Shown here: positions 10,201 through 17,824 of the stretch, piece by piece
Position numbering within the stretch: the stretch's first letter is position 1
Layout of the letters: each line of letters starts with the position of its first letter
NCBI GenBank assembly: GCA_964489585.1
Contig: CAZAZH010000003.1
Coordinates: 1 to 49,022 of the forward strand
Length of the DNA stretch: 49,022 nt
From: an uncultured Syntrophomonas sp.
GTDB taxonomy: Bacteria; Bacillota; Syntrophomonadia; Syntrophomonadales; Syntrophomonadaceae
Direction: 5' to 3'
Position numbers and translations under genes: made by a program
Notes under the pieces: generated by a model
Seen by the model: only the letters and a program-made list of their open reading frames with translations
Told to the model about the DNA's origin: nothing
Databases searched by the model: none

Positions 10201-10810
10201 AAAACTCATCTTCTCCTAAATTAAAATCGCTGGGTCTTTCCTCCAGCCATTGCTGGGGATAAGGCTTGCATTGGGAAAATTCATAGGCTCGTAAAACCAG
10301 GTCCTGTAAACTGTGGTCACTGCGGCTGGTGCCAAAGGACTCCACCAGGTTAAGAAAGAGGGGGGGAGCTTTTTCGTACTCGGTTTCAAATAAATCTTCC
10401 AAGGTCTCCATTTTAATTAAATCGCTTTCCATGCTGTCACTAATGCGAAAACCAGGGTCTATACCTACCAGGTGAAAATAGCGACGTATAACATCGGTAC
10501 AGAAGGCATGAATAGTGCTGATGGAGGCCTGGCTCAAGAGTTTTAACTGCCTGCGCAGGTGCGGTTCATTTTCTGGTTTACTTTCCAGCTCTGATTGCAG
10601 GGTATTGCTAACCCTTTCCCGCATCTCCCCTGCTGCCGCCTGAGTGAAAGTTACTATTAACATGCGGTCAATATCCACTCCATCGTTTAAGACCAATTGA
10701 ATTATACGCTCCACCAATACTGCGGTTTTACCGGAGCCGGCAGCGGCTGCTACCAAAAGGTTACAGTCCCGAGCCTCAATCGCATTTTTCTGGGCTTCAG
10801 TCCAGGTCAT
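7244..10810 (-). CDS. addA: ATP-dependent helicase/nuclease subunit A (AddA)
   Basis: 1188 aa. UvrD-like Walker A AAAGSGKT, DEYQD box, C-terminal RecB-type nuclease (VDFKTDY). Overlaps addB by 14 nt. Confidence 0.93.
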   Translation of the reverse strand: MTWTEAQKNAIEARDCNLLVAAAAGSGKTAVLVERIIQLVLNDGVDIDRMLIVTFTQAAAGEMRERVSNTLQSELESKPENEPHLRRQLKLLSQASISTIHAFCTDVIRRYFHLVGIDPGFRISDSMESDLIKMETLEDLFETEYEKAPPLFLNLVESFGTSRSDHSLQDLVLRAYEFSQCKPYPQQWLEERPSDFNLGEDEFSNCVWVRSIMEQVTIQLQAAKDLFQEAIKVCYRPGGPAVYVDALEHDIEIVEELLQILGRDNIFDLGASLGNINHTRLPRVGKDVVSNLKEQAQSLRNEGKNLIGGIGNDFLFKEPAKLFQDLKELYPLMAEFCRLVMDFSNEYQKHKAEKGILDFNDLEHYALTILSNPEVADEYREKYQYIFVDEYQDSNEVQETLINCIKRYNNVFLVGDIKQSIYRFRLADPTLFINKMEEFKHPEVKLNQRIDLSINFRSREEILNGANYIFSHIMSPYLGEITYDSQAALYPGLEKTDTEDWPIEVCLIDKNRENDEEDELAQAGDAEIEARLAARKIKELLGQPIYDHKSKNYRPLEYRDMVVLMRTTRNSITAFWDVFATEGIPVYADLTGGYFESSEITLVLNLLRLIDNRRQDIPLLSVMRSPIAGFTLDELIEIRVQSQAKSYYEAMEAYLAEHDNALKVKLQKFIEDLTRWKKEARYLPMDEFIWKLLQETGYFHYAGAMPGGRQRQANLKALLDRARQFQHTSIKGLFNFIKYVDKIQARSGDMGVARILGENENLVRIMSIHRSKGLEFPVVILTGLGKQFNFSDSREQILFHKDLGIGPRYVNPDLRNYNETIARISIKNKIRLENLSEEMRILYVGCTRPQHKLILIGSVRNIENSARKWSTMPTPFNLARGKNHLDWIGPVLMRHPDGALLRELSEGSWTERELQNDPSRWQLEIFKRSDISISDTKMAKLLTAFYEQVEQHEASIDSELIAQRLDWHYPFEQAERIPSKVSVSQIQKGLVDSALMDIEMSAQLTRPRFVEGVKDLTPAQKGSIMHFVMQHLDFNQVQNQKAIRQQVEMMVNQDLLLEDEAGTINTNKIYRFFNSSLGQRILKAREVEREVPFNQLRYVGEIMDDSTAPDEQMLVQGVIDIFFHEGDDIVLVDFKTDYVTEENRKELISFYQLQLKLYKEALQTILGKKVKESYLYFFGIDEAVPVEI

Positions 10811-13800
10811 CTACATTCACCTCCTGTTCGGCCCTTATTTTTAGAATTGCTTCATTTTCTTTTAACGGTGGTAAATTTCGATAATTATTTTCAGGTAACT
10901 GTCGGTCAAACTGGCAGATAGAAATGTAGGGACAAAAAGTGCAGGCGGTTTGATCCTTAAGCTTATAAGGTTCGATTTTTACTTTTCCTCCTACCAACTC
11001 CTGGCTAACTTTTTTTAATAAATTATCAACATGGCCTAGCAAATAGTCAAAATCCTCTTCATTTAAAACTGCCGAAGTGGAATAAAAGCTATCATCCTTT
11101 TTTAAACCAACCGGGATTATATCGGAGTAAGTAGCAATTTGCCTATCCATCTCCCTTACAATATTCACATCTTCCAGTACCAACCCCCGTAGTTTAAGTT
11201 CTTTTATGAGTTGCTGTTCGATTACCTCCTTAAAATCTGCTACAGTTTCAATTAGGGGGTCATCTATCTTAAAATAAAATATTCCTGCCGGTTTTAGCCT
11301 GGGCCGTTCTAGTTCCTGGGTACCTCCTAGAACCGCCCGTAAATATATAAGCAACTGCAGACTTAAACCATAATATGTATCGGAAAGATTCAGCTGCTTA
11401 TTCCCGGTCTTATAATCTATTATCCTTACATAACCGGTATCTTCCTGATCCAGGATATCTATCCGGTCTATGCGTCCTTCCAGGTACATTTTCTCGCTAT
11501 TTTTGAGTTCAACCGCCAGGGCCGGTAAACTCCCACCTGCTCCAAACCTGATTTCATAACCTAAAGGGGTGAAACCGCCTCTTTTTATATGCTCAGTTAC
11601 GGTCCAGGCAGCCCGGCGTCCTATTCTTTTCAAGCGCTGGCTCAGGTAACGATAGCGATTATTACTGGAAAACACCCCTTCTCCCTGGATGGTGAGCATT
11701 TGGTCCATAACTGTATCCATCATCGCCTCACAATCTTCCCGCTCTATCCCCTGCCATTTTCCCGGCTTCTCTTCTATTTGCAGGGCTAATTCCAGCAGGC
11801 TGTTATGAAACAATTCTCCAATATCAGGAGCCTTAACCGAAAACTCTTTTCTTTCCCGGGGGGAAAGGCCGTAATGAACAAAATGGGCAAAAGGACAGGC
11901 AATAAACCGTTCCAGACGGGTGACACTGCCCCGCAGGGGTAATTTATAGAGCTGCCGGGCCTGTCCGGGACTAATAGTATTGACCTGATTACGATGAAAA
12001 AAAGCCTTTTCCACATTAGTGCAATGTTTTTGCCAATGATCTTGCTGGCGGTACCAATGATAGACATCCCACCAAAAATCCTCTATCCCTTTATAGTCCA
12101 GATAAAGCCGCAGATTCTCAACCAGGTGTTTAAATGTGCTGCGGGGGCGGGCAACCATCTGTAATTGCCTTTGCCGATCATTTATCAATCCGCTATCTAC
12201 CTGTAGTCCAGGATAAAGATAGCAAAGACGGTCTAACAGCAATGATGGACGCAAAGCCCGACCTTCGCTGTCAGCGGTAGTATAAGATAGGAAAAGTTTT
12301 TGCCGGCATTTAGCCAGGGCATTGTAAATCAGGAAGTTCTCCTCAGCAACCTGTATCTCCCGACTTTTAGAAATTTCCATCCCCTGGTTGGCCAAATAAT
12401 TACTTTCATCAGTAGATAATATACCTTCCTGGGATTTGGTTGATGGAATAATGCCATCATTTACCCCTAAAACAAATAAAGCTTTTATGTCATGACTTTT
12501 AGAACGTTGTATATTGCCCACCAGTACCTGGTCGACAGTAGTAGGAATTATGCCCAGTTCATGAGAAGAGAATCCTGATTCCAGAACCTTAATATACTCC
12601 TTCAAGCTCCCCTGCTGATCACCCAGGATTTCTACCATTTGGTCAAAGGTGTTAATAACCATATTCCAAATCTGGGTATACTCGCTAACTACATCATAAA
12701 GCCCTTGCCCCCATAATTCTTCTATCCAACTCTGGAGCTTTTCCTGCACTTCCTGCTTTTCCAGGTAGTCGTAGAGAACCCGGGTAATACCGGCAAAACT
12801 CCCTTGTTCTAGTAAAGCTGTCTTCATTTCCTCCAGAGGAGTGATAACTCTCTCCCGCCATTGGTTTAACTCTTCCAGTTCATCTTCCTCTCCCCAGGTA
12901 AAAGGTTCTTTCCAGCGCTTACCTCGGATACCATTGGCCAGCACATAGTTTTCCAGTTTCTCACACGATTCATCATCCAGAACTCCCAGGCCGGTTTTCA
13001 GACAGCGAAAAACATCTTCATAAAGGTAACCCCGCTCCACACAATGCAATGATGCCAGGACAAACTCGATAATGGGATTATCCATAATGTCCTTTTTCTG
13101 ATCCATAAAAAAGGGAATGGCATATTCCCGAAAAATTCTTTTTATAAGAGCACTATAGCTATCAAGATCATTGCAAATTACGGCGATATCCTTCCAGCGG
13201 TATCCCTCATCCCGTACCAGGCTAATCAAACGGGTAGCCAGATCTTCAACTTCGCTGTCGGGATTGGCGGCAGCAAAAACACTTAACCGGGTAATAGGAT
13301 CCAGGTATTTACGGCTGGGATAAGCGTACAATTCGCTTTCCAGGTGCAGCAGTTCTTTATCCCTGAGCTGGTCGGCGGCTGTAGCGTCAATATTTATCAG
13401 GCTGGTAGTTATGCCATTATTTCGTGCTAATTCATTAAGAGTACGGTAAGTTTTCCGGGACAAAATGAAGAGATCTTCATCTCTTCGATCTTTATCATTA
13501 TTGAGGGTAAGGCTGATGGTAGTTTCCGGACATACGGTGATAAGCTGTTCTAAAATCCTTATACTCTGGGGGGAAAAAGTAGCGAAATTATCCACCCATA
13601 TCCGGGAAGTGGATAAATAACGACTGGAGGGCATCTTTTCAATGAAGAGATTAATATAGTCTTCGCTATCAATGTAACGTTCTTGCAGGTAATCATTAAA
13701 GTGCTGGTAAATGAGGGTCACATCATGCACTTTCCTGCTCAGCAGGGAGTTTTTTTCTATCCTATCCTGAATTTGTTTAAAATCATCAATTCCCACTGCT

Positions 13801-14210
13801 CTCTGTTTTAAACCGGCCAAAAAATCCATAAGTTCATGGACAAATCCATTCTGGTGACAGGAATTACTATAAACCAGCAACTCCCCTTCTAGCTGCTCCA
13901 TAACCCGGCGCAATACCATGTTTTTTCCCTGTTCATTAAGCATAACCCGGGTTAAACCACCGACCTCATTAAATGCCCGCTGGGCCAGACGGGTGAAACT
14001 AAGAACTTCCAATTGCATGATACCCTGAAGCCCGGTTTTATCGATGAAATCCCGTTCCGCCTGCAGGGTATATTGTTCCGGAACCAGTAATATTAAATTT
14101 TCCCGTCTGCAATCCTGGTTGCGGGCTTCTAAAATATGTTGACGAATTTCATTATATATGTAATAGCTTTTACCCTTACCAGCCCGCCCGGTAATAAATC
14201 GTAAGGCCAT
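10797..14210 (-). CDS. addB: ATP-dependent helicase/nuclease subunit B (AddB)
   Basis: 1137 aa. N-terminal GRAGKGKS P-loop, C-terminal nuclease with Fe-S cysteines (CPFAHF ... CTFCPYISIC), immediately upstream of addA. Confidence 0.93.
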   Translation of the reverse strand: MALRFITGRAGKGKSYYIYNEIRQHILEARNQDCRRENLILLVPEQYTLQAERDFIDKTGLQGIMQLEVLSFTRLAQRAFNEVGGLTRVMLNEQGKNMVLRRVMEQLEGELLVYSNSCHQNGFVHELMDFLAGLKQRAVGIDDFKQIQDRIEKNSLLSRKVHDVTLIYQHFNDYLQERYIDSEDYINLFIEKMPSSRYLSTSRIWVDNFATFSPQSIRILEQLITVCPETTISLTLNNDKDRRDEDLFILSRKTYRTLNELARNNGITTSLINIDATAADQLRDKELLHLESELYAYPSRKYLDPITRLSVFAAANPDSEVEDLATRLISLVRDEGYRWKDIAVICNDLDSYSALIKRIFREYAIPFFMDQKKDIMDNPIIEFVLASLHCVERGYLYEDVFRCLKTGLGVLDDESCEKLENYVLANGIRGKRWKEPFTWGEEDELEELNQWRERVITPLEEMKTALLEQGSFAGITRVLYDYLEKQEVQEKLQSWIEELWGQGLYDVVSEYTQIWNMVINTFDQMVEILGDQQGSLKEYIKVLESGFSSHELGIIPTTVDQVLVGNIQRSKSHDIKALFVLGVNDGIIPSTKSQEGILSTDESNYLANQGMEISKSREIQVAEENFLIYNALAKCRQKLFLSYTTADSEGRALRPSLLLDRLCYLYPGLQVDSGLINDRQRQLQMVARPRSTFKHLVENLRLYLDYKGIEDFWWDVYHWYRQQDHWQKHCTNVEKAFFHRNQVNTISPGQARQLYKLPLRGSVTRLERFIACPFAHFVHYGLSPRERKEFSVKAPDIGELFHNSLLELALQIEEKPGKWQGIEREDCEAMMDTVMDQMLTIQGEGVFSSNNRYRYLSQRLKRIGRRAAWTVTEHIKRGGFTPLGYEIRFGAGGSLPALAVELKNSEKMYLEGRIDRIDILDQEDTGYVRIIDYKTGNKQLNLSDTYYGLSLQLLIYLRAVLGGTQELERPRLKPAGIFYFKIDDPLIETVADFKEVIEQQLIKELKLRGLVLEDVNIVREMDRQIATYSDIIPVGLKKDDSFYSTSAVLNEEDFDYLLGHVDNLLKKVSQELVGGKVKIEPYKLKDQTACTFCPYISICQFDRQLPENNYRNLPPLKENEAILKIRAEQEVNVDDLD

Positions 14211-14231
14211 TTTATATCTCCTTTAAATTAG

Positions 14232-14266
14232 AATAACTTATGGGGGAATGTCCCCTTAAGTTATTT
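14232..14266 (-). promoter_or_regulatory. Strong hairpin in the addB 5' UTR
   Basis: AATAACTTATGGGG / CCCCTTAAGTTATT, a 14-bp stem with one mismatch, lying about 20 nt upstream of the addB RBS. Confidence 0.4.
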
Positions 14267-14333
14267 TAGTACTACGATATGGGGTTAGTAACAATATTCT
14301 ACCTTCTACTTAATAATCCTGCCCTTCGTATTA

Positions 14334-14362
14334 TTGCTTATAATGCTCTACAATCCTATAAT
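14334..14362 (+). promoter_or_regulatory. Sigma-A-type promoter for the 14406 gene
   Basis: TTGCTT (14334-14339), 17-nt spacer, TATAAT (14357-14362). Confidence 0.55.
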
Positions 14363-14405
14363 ATAGAACAATAGCACATAATTCTTATTCGGAGGAGCGT
14401 TATTC

Positions 14406-14642
14406 GTGACCATCGGACTCATTTTCTTAGCAATTGCTTTAATTCTTATCGCCTATGCCTACCTGTCTTATAAAAAGGTAGCTGACAGTTTGCTGCCAGT
14501 AAAGCAGGAGGACCTGGTCAGCTATTATTTGGATCTGGTCTATAACCTGCTCCCGGTACCCTTCTGGAGCGCCCTGCTGGGCATTGCCCTGCTGCTGGTT
14601 GCCATTATTATAATCCTGTTTAGCCTGCCATTTGTATTTTAA
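14406..14642 (+). CDS. Small membrane protein (2 TM segments)
   Basis: GTG start 9 nt after GGAGGA. Two hydrophobic helices. A consensus promoter lies upstream. Confidence 0.5.
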   Translation: MTIGLIFLAIALILIAYAYLSYKKVADSLLPVKQEDLVSYYLDLVYNLLPVPFWSALLGIALLLVAIIIILFSLPFVF

Positions 14643-14651
14643 AGGGGTAGC

Positions 14652-14678
14652 TGAGTCGCGGGGACGGTTCGAAACCAC
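14652..14678 (+). repeat. Family-B hairpin repeat, degenerate copy B1
   Basis: TGAGTCGCGGGGACGGTTCGAAACCAC, compared with consensus GAGTCA-N-GGGGACGGTTCT-N-TTGACTCA. Confidence 0.6.
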
Positions 14679-14696
14679 AAAAGTGCTCTTTTACGT

Positions 14697-14791
14697 GTCA
14701 TCATGAGCGATAGCGAAGAATCTAACTAGTGTAAACCAATATTACGGAATTCCAAAGAGATCCTTCGTCGCCTGCAGCTCCTCAGGATGAC
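14697..14791 (+). repeat. Family-A core hairpin, variant with about 35-nt apical insertion (copy A5)
   Basis: GTCATCATGAGCGATAGCGAAGAATCT...AGATCCTTCGTCGCC..CTCAGGATGAC. It shares the outer stem and the GCGAAG/CTTCG inner stem with the other copies. Confidence 0.7.
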
Positions 14792-14810
14792 ATTTATAAT
14801 ACTTTTTCAG

Positions 14811-14837
14811 CAGTCTCGGACGGTTCTTTTGGCTCAT
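14811..14837 (+). repeat. Family-B hairpin repeat, degenerate copy B2
   Basis: CAGTCTCGGACGGTTCTTTTGGCTCAT. Confidence 0.55.
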
Positions 14838-14934
14838 TACGGTTGTCATCCTGAGGCAAAACCGAAGGATCTAAGACTCATCGCTACCGCTCAGAGTGAC
14901 ATATTATGAGGAATATTGAATTATGCAAAACTCT
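14836..14934 (-). repeat. Family-A element, copy A4 (one TIR plus core; distal end replaced by B2)
   Basis: The reverse complement reads AGAGTTTTGCATAATTCAATATTCCTCATAATATGTCACTCTGAGCGGTAGCGATGAGTCTTAGATCCTTCGGTTTTGCCTCAGGATGACAACCGTAAT. Confidence 0.8.
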
Positions 14935-14963
14935 ACAATAGAAGTTAGCACTAATTGCTCAGG

Positions 14964-16652
14964 CTAATCGTCATTTTTACCAGTCAAAAGATTAGCCAGT
15001 TGCTTTTTCCCCGTTCGATAACAGATATAATCCCCACCGGTTACTACCAGCAGGAATAAAGCAATTCCAATACTATACTGAAATGATGGGCTTAAAGTAG
15101 AGAAAACGGGAAGAAACTTAGCGTAGGAAGAAAAGGATATGAGGGCAAATATTAATCCTGCAGTTATAGTTAATAGGAACATGGCCCCCAGGGTTTTGCT
15201 GCTGCGGGCTGAACGATGGGAACGAGAAGAACCCCCTTGAGGAAGGCCAATTTCAAAATTAGGACCATAAATATCCAACAACAGGCAGAGCGATGAAAAC
15301 AGGGAAATTGACAGCATTAGCACCGGTATAGTGAAATACCAGGGATGCATTGGTACTCCCGGAATCAGGTAGAGCACTAAGAGCACCGCGCCCGAGTTAA
15401 GTAAACTGGGAATTGATGCTGATAACAGTTTGGCCCGATAGAGAGCTGCAGGTTGTAGCGGTGACTGCTGAATTACCCACCAGGAGCTACCTTCCATGCT
15501 TAAAACATAGGCCGACAGGTTGCTTCCCATCTGAGCGGTAATAAATAAAAGCATGAACAAAAGTAATCCCCGGGTAAAATTTGCTGATCCGCCAGTGTTT
15601 GAGGCCAGGTTAAACCCCATAAACCCCATTATTATTAGAATTACCAGCAGGTTATACCAAACTAATGGTAAACGCTTAAAGGTAAGCAAATCCTTCTTAA
15701 CAATTCCACCTAAACCGCCAAAAAGTTTGATTCCCCTATTCCGTTTTCGGTTGGAGTGCCGGGCTGGAGCATAATCATGGCTAAAAGACCACCCGGAAAT
15801 AAAACTGCGCCGGGCCAGGGATAATGTAGCCAAAATCATTATCAGGGTAAGCAGGATAAGAGGTAGAAGCGATTCTACAAAAGAAAACGCGAAACCGTGG
15901 ATAGTTAAGAGCAAACTTTTGCTTATCCAAATATGGGGGAATAGAGAGGCACCTATATTCCAGCCAGCAACAACTTCCAGCAAAGAATCTGGCTCTACCC
16001 GCATTCTCATAGTAAGTGAACTATAATATTGAGAACCTAAAACTATTATTAAAATAAGCAGCATCGAGCCTACCGTTAAAAACTGTTTCATTTTCTGAGA
16101 AGAGATTAGGCCGCTTATCAGCAGCAAAAGTAATGAAGCCAGGGCGGTAAAAATGGCATTGGCCAGAAGCAGGGTAAAGAAAGCAATAAAATAATATACA
16201 GGGGGAGCTTCTACCCCAAGCCCGTATCCAACCCAGAAAGCTCCGGTGAAAGGTAGTAGTAAAAGCAGATTCTGATTAAAACTATGTAGAAACTTGACCC
16301 CAAATATAGATTTGGTTGATAACGGAGTAGCCAACAGAAAGAATAGATCCTCGGATTCATAAAAATTTTGATAAATCACTCTGAACCCTGCCAATAATAA
16401 CAGCACAAAAATGGCCAGTGAAGTACCGGCCATCAGGTTAAACTCGGTTGCATACATCAGGTCCGGGTTGCCAGCCGAAATAGTCCTGGTTAGGCGGGTC
16501 ATATTATATCCGCCACTGCCGATAAAAAAGGCCAGCATAAGCGTAACCAGGATGCCTATACTTCCCGGTAGAGCCTTTTTCAGTCCACCTTTAATCAGGC
16601 TGTTACGCATGGCTAACAGGTCATATTTTAGAATTAACGCAGCTTCCCGCAC
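14964..16652 (-). CDS. ABC exporter permease (multi-pass membrane protein)
   Basis: About 560 aa with many TM helices, directly downstream of the ATPase. I prefer the GTG at 16652, which is 5 nt after GGAGGA and 1 nt after the ATPase stop, over the track's 16697. Confidence 0.75.
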   Translation of the reverse strand: MREAALILKYDLLAMRNSLIKGGLKKALPGSIGILVTLMLAFFIGSGGYNMTRLTRTISAGNPDLMYATEFNLMAGTSLAIFVLLLLAGFRVIYQNFYESEDLFFLLATPLSTKSIFGVKFLHSFNQNLLLLLPFTGAFWVGYGLGVEAPPVYYFIAFFTLLLANAIFTALASLLLLLISGLISSQKMKQFLTVGSMLLILIIVLGSQYYSSLTMRMRVEPDSLLEVVAGWNIGASLFPHIWISKSLLLTIHGFAFSFVESLLPLILLTLIMILATLSLARRSFISGWSFSHDYAPARHSNRKRNRGIKLFGGLGGIVKKDLLTFKRLPLVWYNLLVILIIMGFMGFNLASNTGGSANFTRGLLLFMLLFITAQMGSNLSAYVLSMEGSSWWVIQQSPLQPAALYRAKLLSASIPSLLNSGAVLLVLYLIPGVPMHPWYFTIPVLMLSISLFSSLCLLLDIYGPNFEIGLPQGGSSRSHRSARSSKTLGAMFLLTITAGLIFALISFSSYAKFLPVFSTLSPSFQYSIGIALFLLVVTGGDYICYRTGKKQLANLLTGKNDD

Positions 16653-16653
16653 C

Positions 16654-17427
16654 TTATTCCTCCAACATTTGCGATATTTCAGTGTATTCAGCCCCACCAG
16701 TTAATTCCAAAAACAAATCTTCCAGGGTGGGTGAACTGCTATCTGTCGACTCATGATGGATTCGCGCTCTCAGTTCCTCGATACTGCCCAGGGCCAGGAG
16801 TTGACCATTCTGAATTATTCCTACCCGATCACACATTCTCTCTGCTATTTCCAATATATGGGTAGACATAAAAATAGTAACCCCTTTTTGGCATAAGGTA
16901 CGCAGGAGATCCTTTATCATACGGGCACTTCCAGGGTCAAGGCCTACCGTAGGTTCATCTAGAAAAATTACTTTTGGTTCATGCAGCAGAGCTGCTATGA
17001 GCGAGACTTTCTGTTTCATCCCATGGGAAAACCCACCCATTAACTCATCCGCCCGGTCACTCAGGTTAAAAATCTCCAACCAGTGACTGCTTTGCCGTTC
17101 TGCCTTAGTCCGGTCCATACGATAGATATCGGCAATGAATGACAGGAATTCACGGGGAGAAAGTTTTTCATAGAGGTTGGGCTGGTCAGGTACATAAGCG
17201 AGCAATGACTTGGCCTGCACCGGATTCCTATGAACATCAATACCATCCAAAAACACCTGACCCTGGGTAGGAGTTAAAATCCCCGCCATCATCTTGATGG
17301 TGGTAGTTTTGCCGGCACCATTAGGACCTAAAAAACCAAACAACTCCCCTGCTTTAACTTCCAGATTAAGCTGGTTCACCGCTGTTAACTTGCCATAGTT
17401 TTTAGTGAGGTTGACTGTTTGTAGCAT
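16654..17427 (-). CDS. ABC transporter ATP-binding protein
   Basis: Walker A GPNGAGKTT, signature FSHGMKQK, Walker B IFLDEP. I prefer the ATG at 17427 (RBS GAGGAAGGAAAGC) because the track's GTG at 17448 lies inside repeat B3. Confidence 0.9.
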   Translation of the reverse strand: MLQTVNLTKNYGKLTAVNQLNLEVKAGELFGFLGPNGAGKTTTIKMMAGILTPTQGQVFLDGIDVHRNPVQAKSLLAYVPDQPNLYEKLSPREFLSFIADIYRMDRTKAERQSSHWLEIFNLSDRADELMGGFSHGMKQKVSLIAALLHEPKVIFLDEPTVGLDPGSARMIKDLLRTLCQKGVTIFMSTHILEIAERMCDRVGIIQNGQLLALGSIEELRARIHHESTDSSSPTLEDLFLELTGGAEYTEISQMLEE

Positions 17428-17440
17428 GCTTTCCTTCCTC

Positions 17441-17469
17441 TGAGTCACGGGGACGGTTCTTTTGACTCA
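17441..17469 (+). repeat. Family-B hairpin repeat B3
   Basis: TGAGTCACGGGGACGGTTCTTTTGACTCA. The 7-nt arms TGAGTCA/TGACTCA are self-complementary. Confidence 0.8.
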
Positions 17470-17481
17470 TTAACTCTTACT

Positions 17482-17601
17482 TTATCGAACTCGTTTGATC
17501 ACATTGCTGTTTACACCAAGTAACTCCGCAATTGCTCGAATGGGAAGTTCTGTGTGGGACCGAATGTCGGCAATAACCTCTTTTCGGACCTCCGGATATT
17601 T
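17482..17601 (-). pseudogene. Fragment (39 codons, no start) encoding a C-terminal helix-turn-helix
   Basis: The minus frame reads KYPEVRKEVIADIRSHTELPIRAIAELLGVNSNVIKRVR*. It has no ATG or RBS, is bounded 5' by an in-frame stop, and sits between the inverted B3 and B4. Confidence 0.5.
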
Positions 17602-17624
17602 TTAGAATATCAGAGCGACTGTAG

Positions 17625-17652
17625 TGAGTCAACAGAACCGTCCCCTTGACTC
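17625..17652 (-). repeat. Family-B hairpin repeat B4 (inverted relative to B3)
   Basis: The reverse complement is GAGTCAAGGGGACGGTTCTGTTGACTCA, identical to B3 at 26 of 28 positions. Confidence 0.8.
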
Positions 17653-17824
17653 TCCTATCTTTTTCCCCTGTTCCCTTTACTTGTCCAGTGCACCCAGATA
17701 ATGGCGGTTACCCGCACTTACCATATCTATTATAATGAAGCCGAACCCTTTAAAAAAGGAGGGATAAGTAACACCAGCAGTAAGTGTCCCATCACCTGTC
17801 GCAATATTATAGGAGGAATTGTTT

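Noticed and set aside
14661-14678. GGTTCGAA T-loop-like strings, here and at 30741-30752 on the minus strand, as possible tRNA genes or tRNA-derived att sites.
   Set aside because: There is no complementary T-stem, no acceptor stem and no anticodon arm, so no cloverleaf can be drawn.
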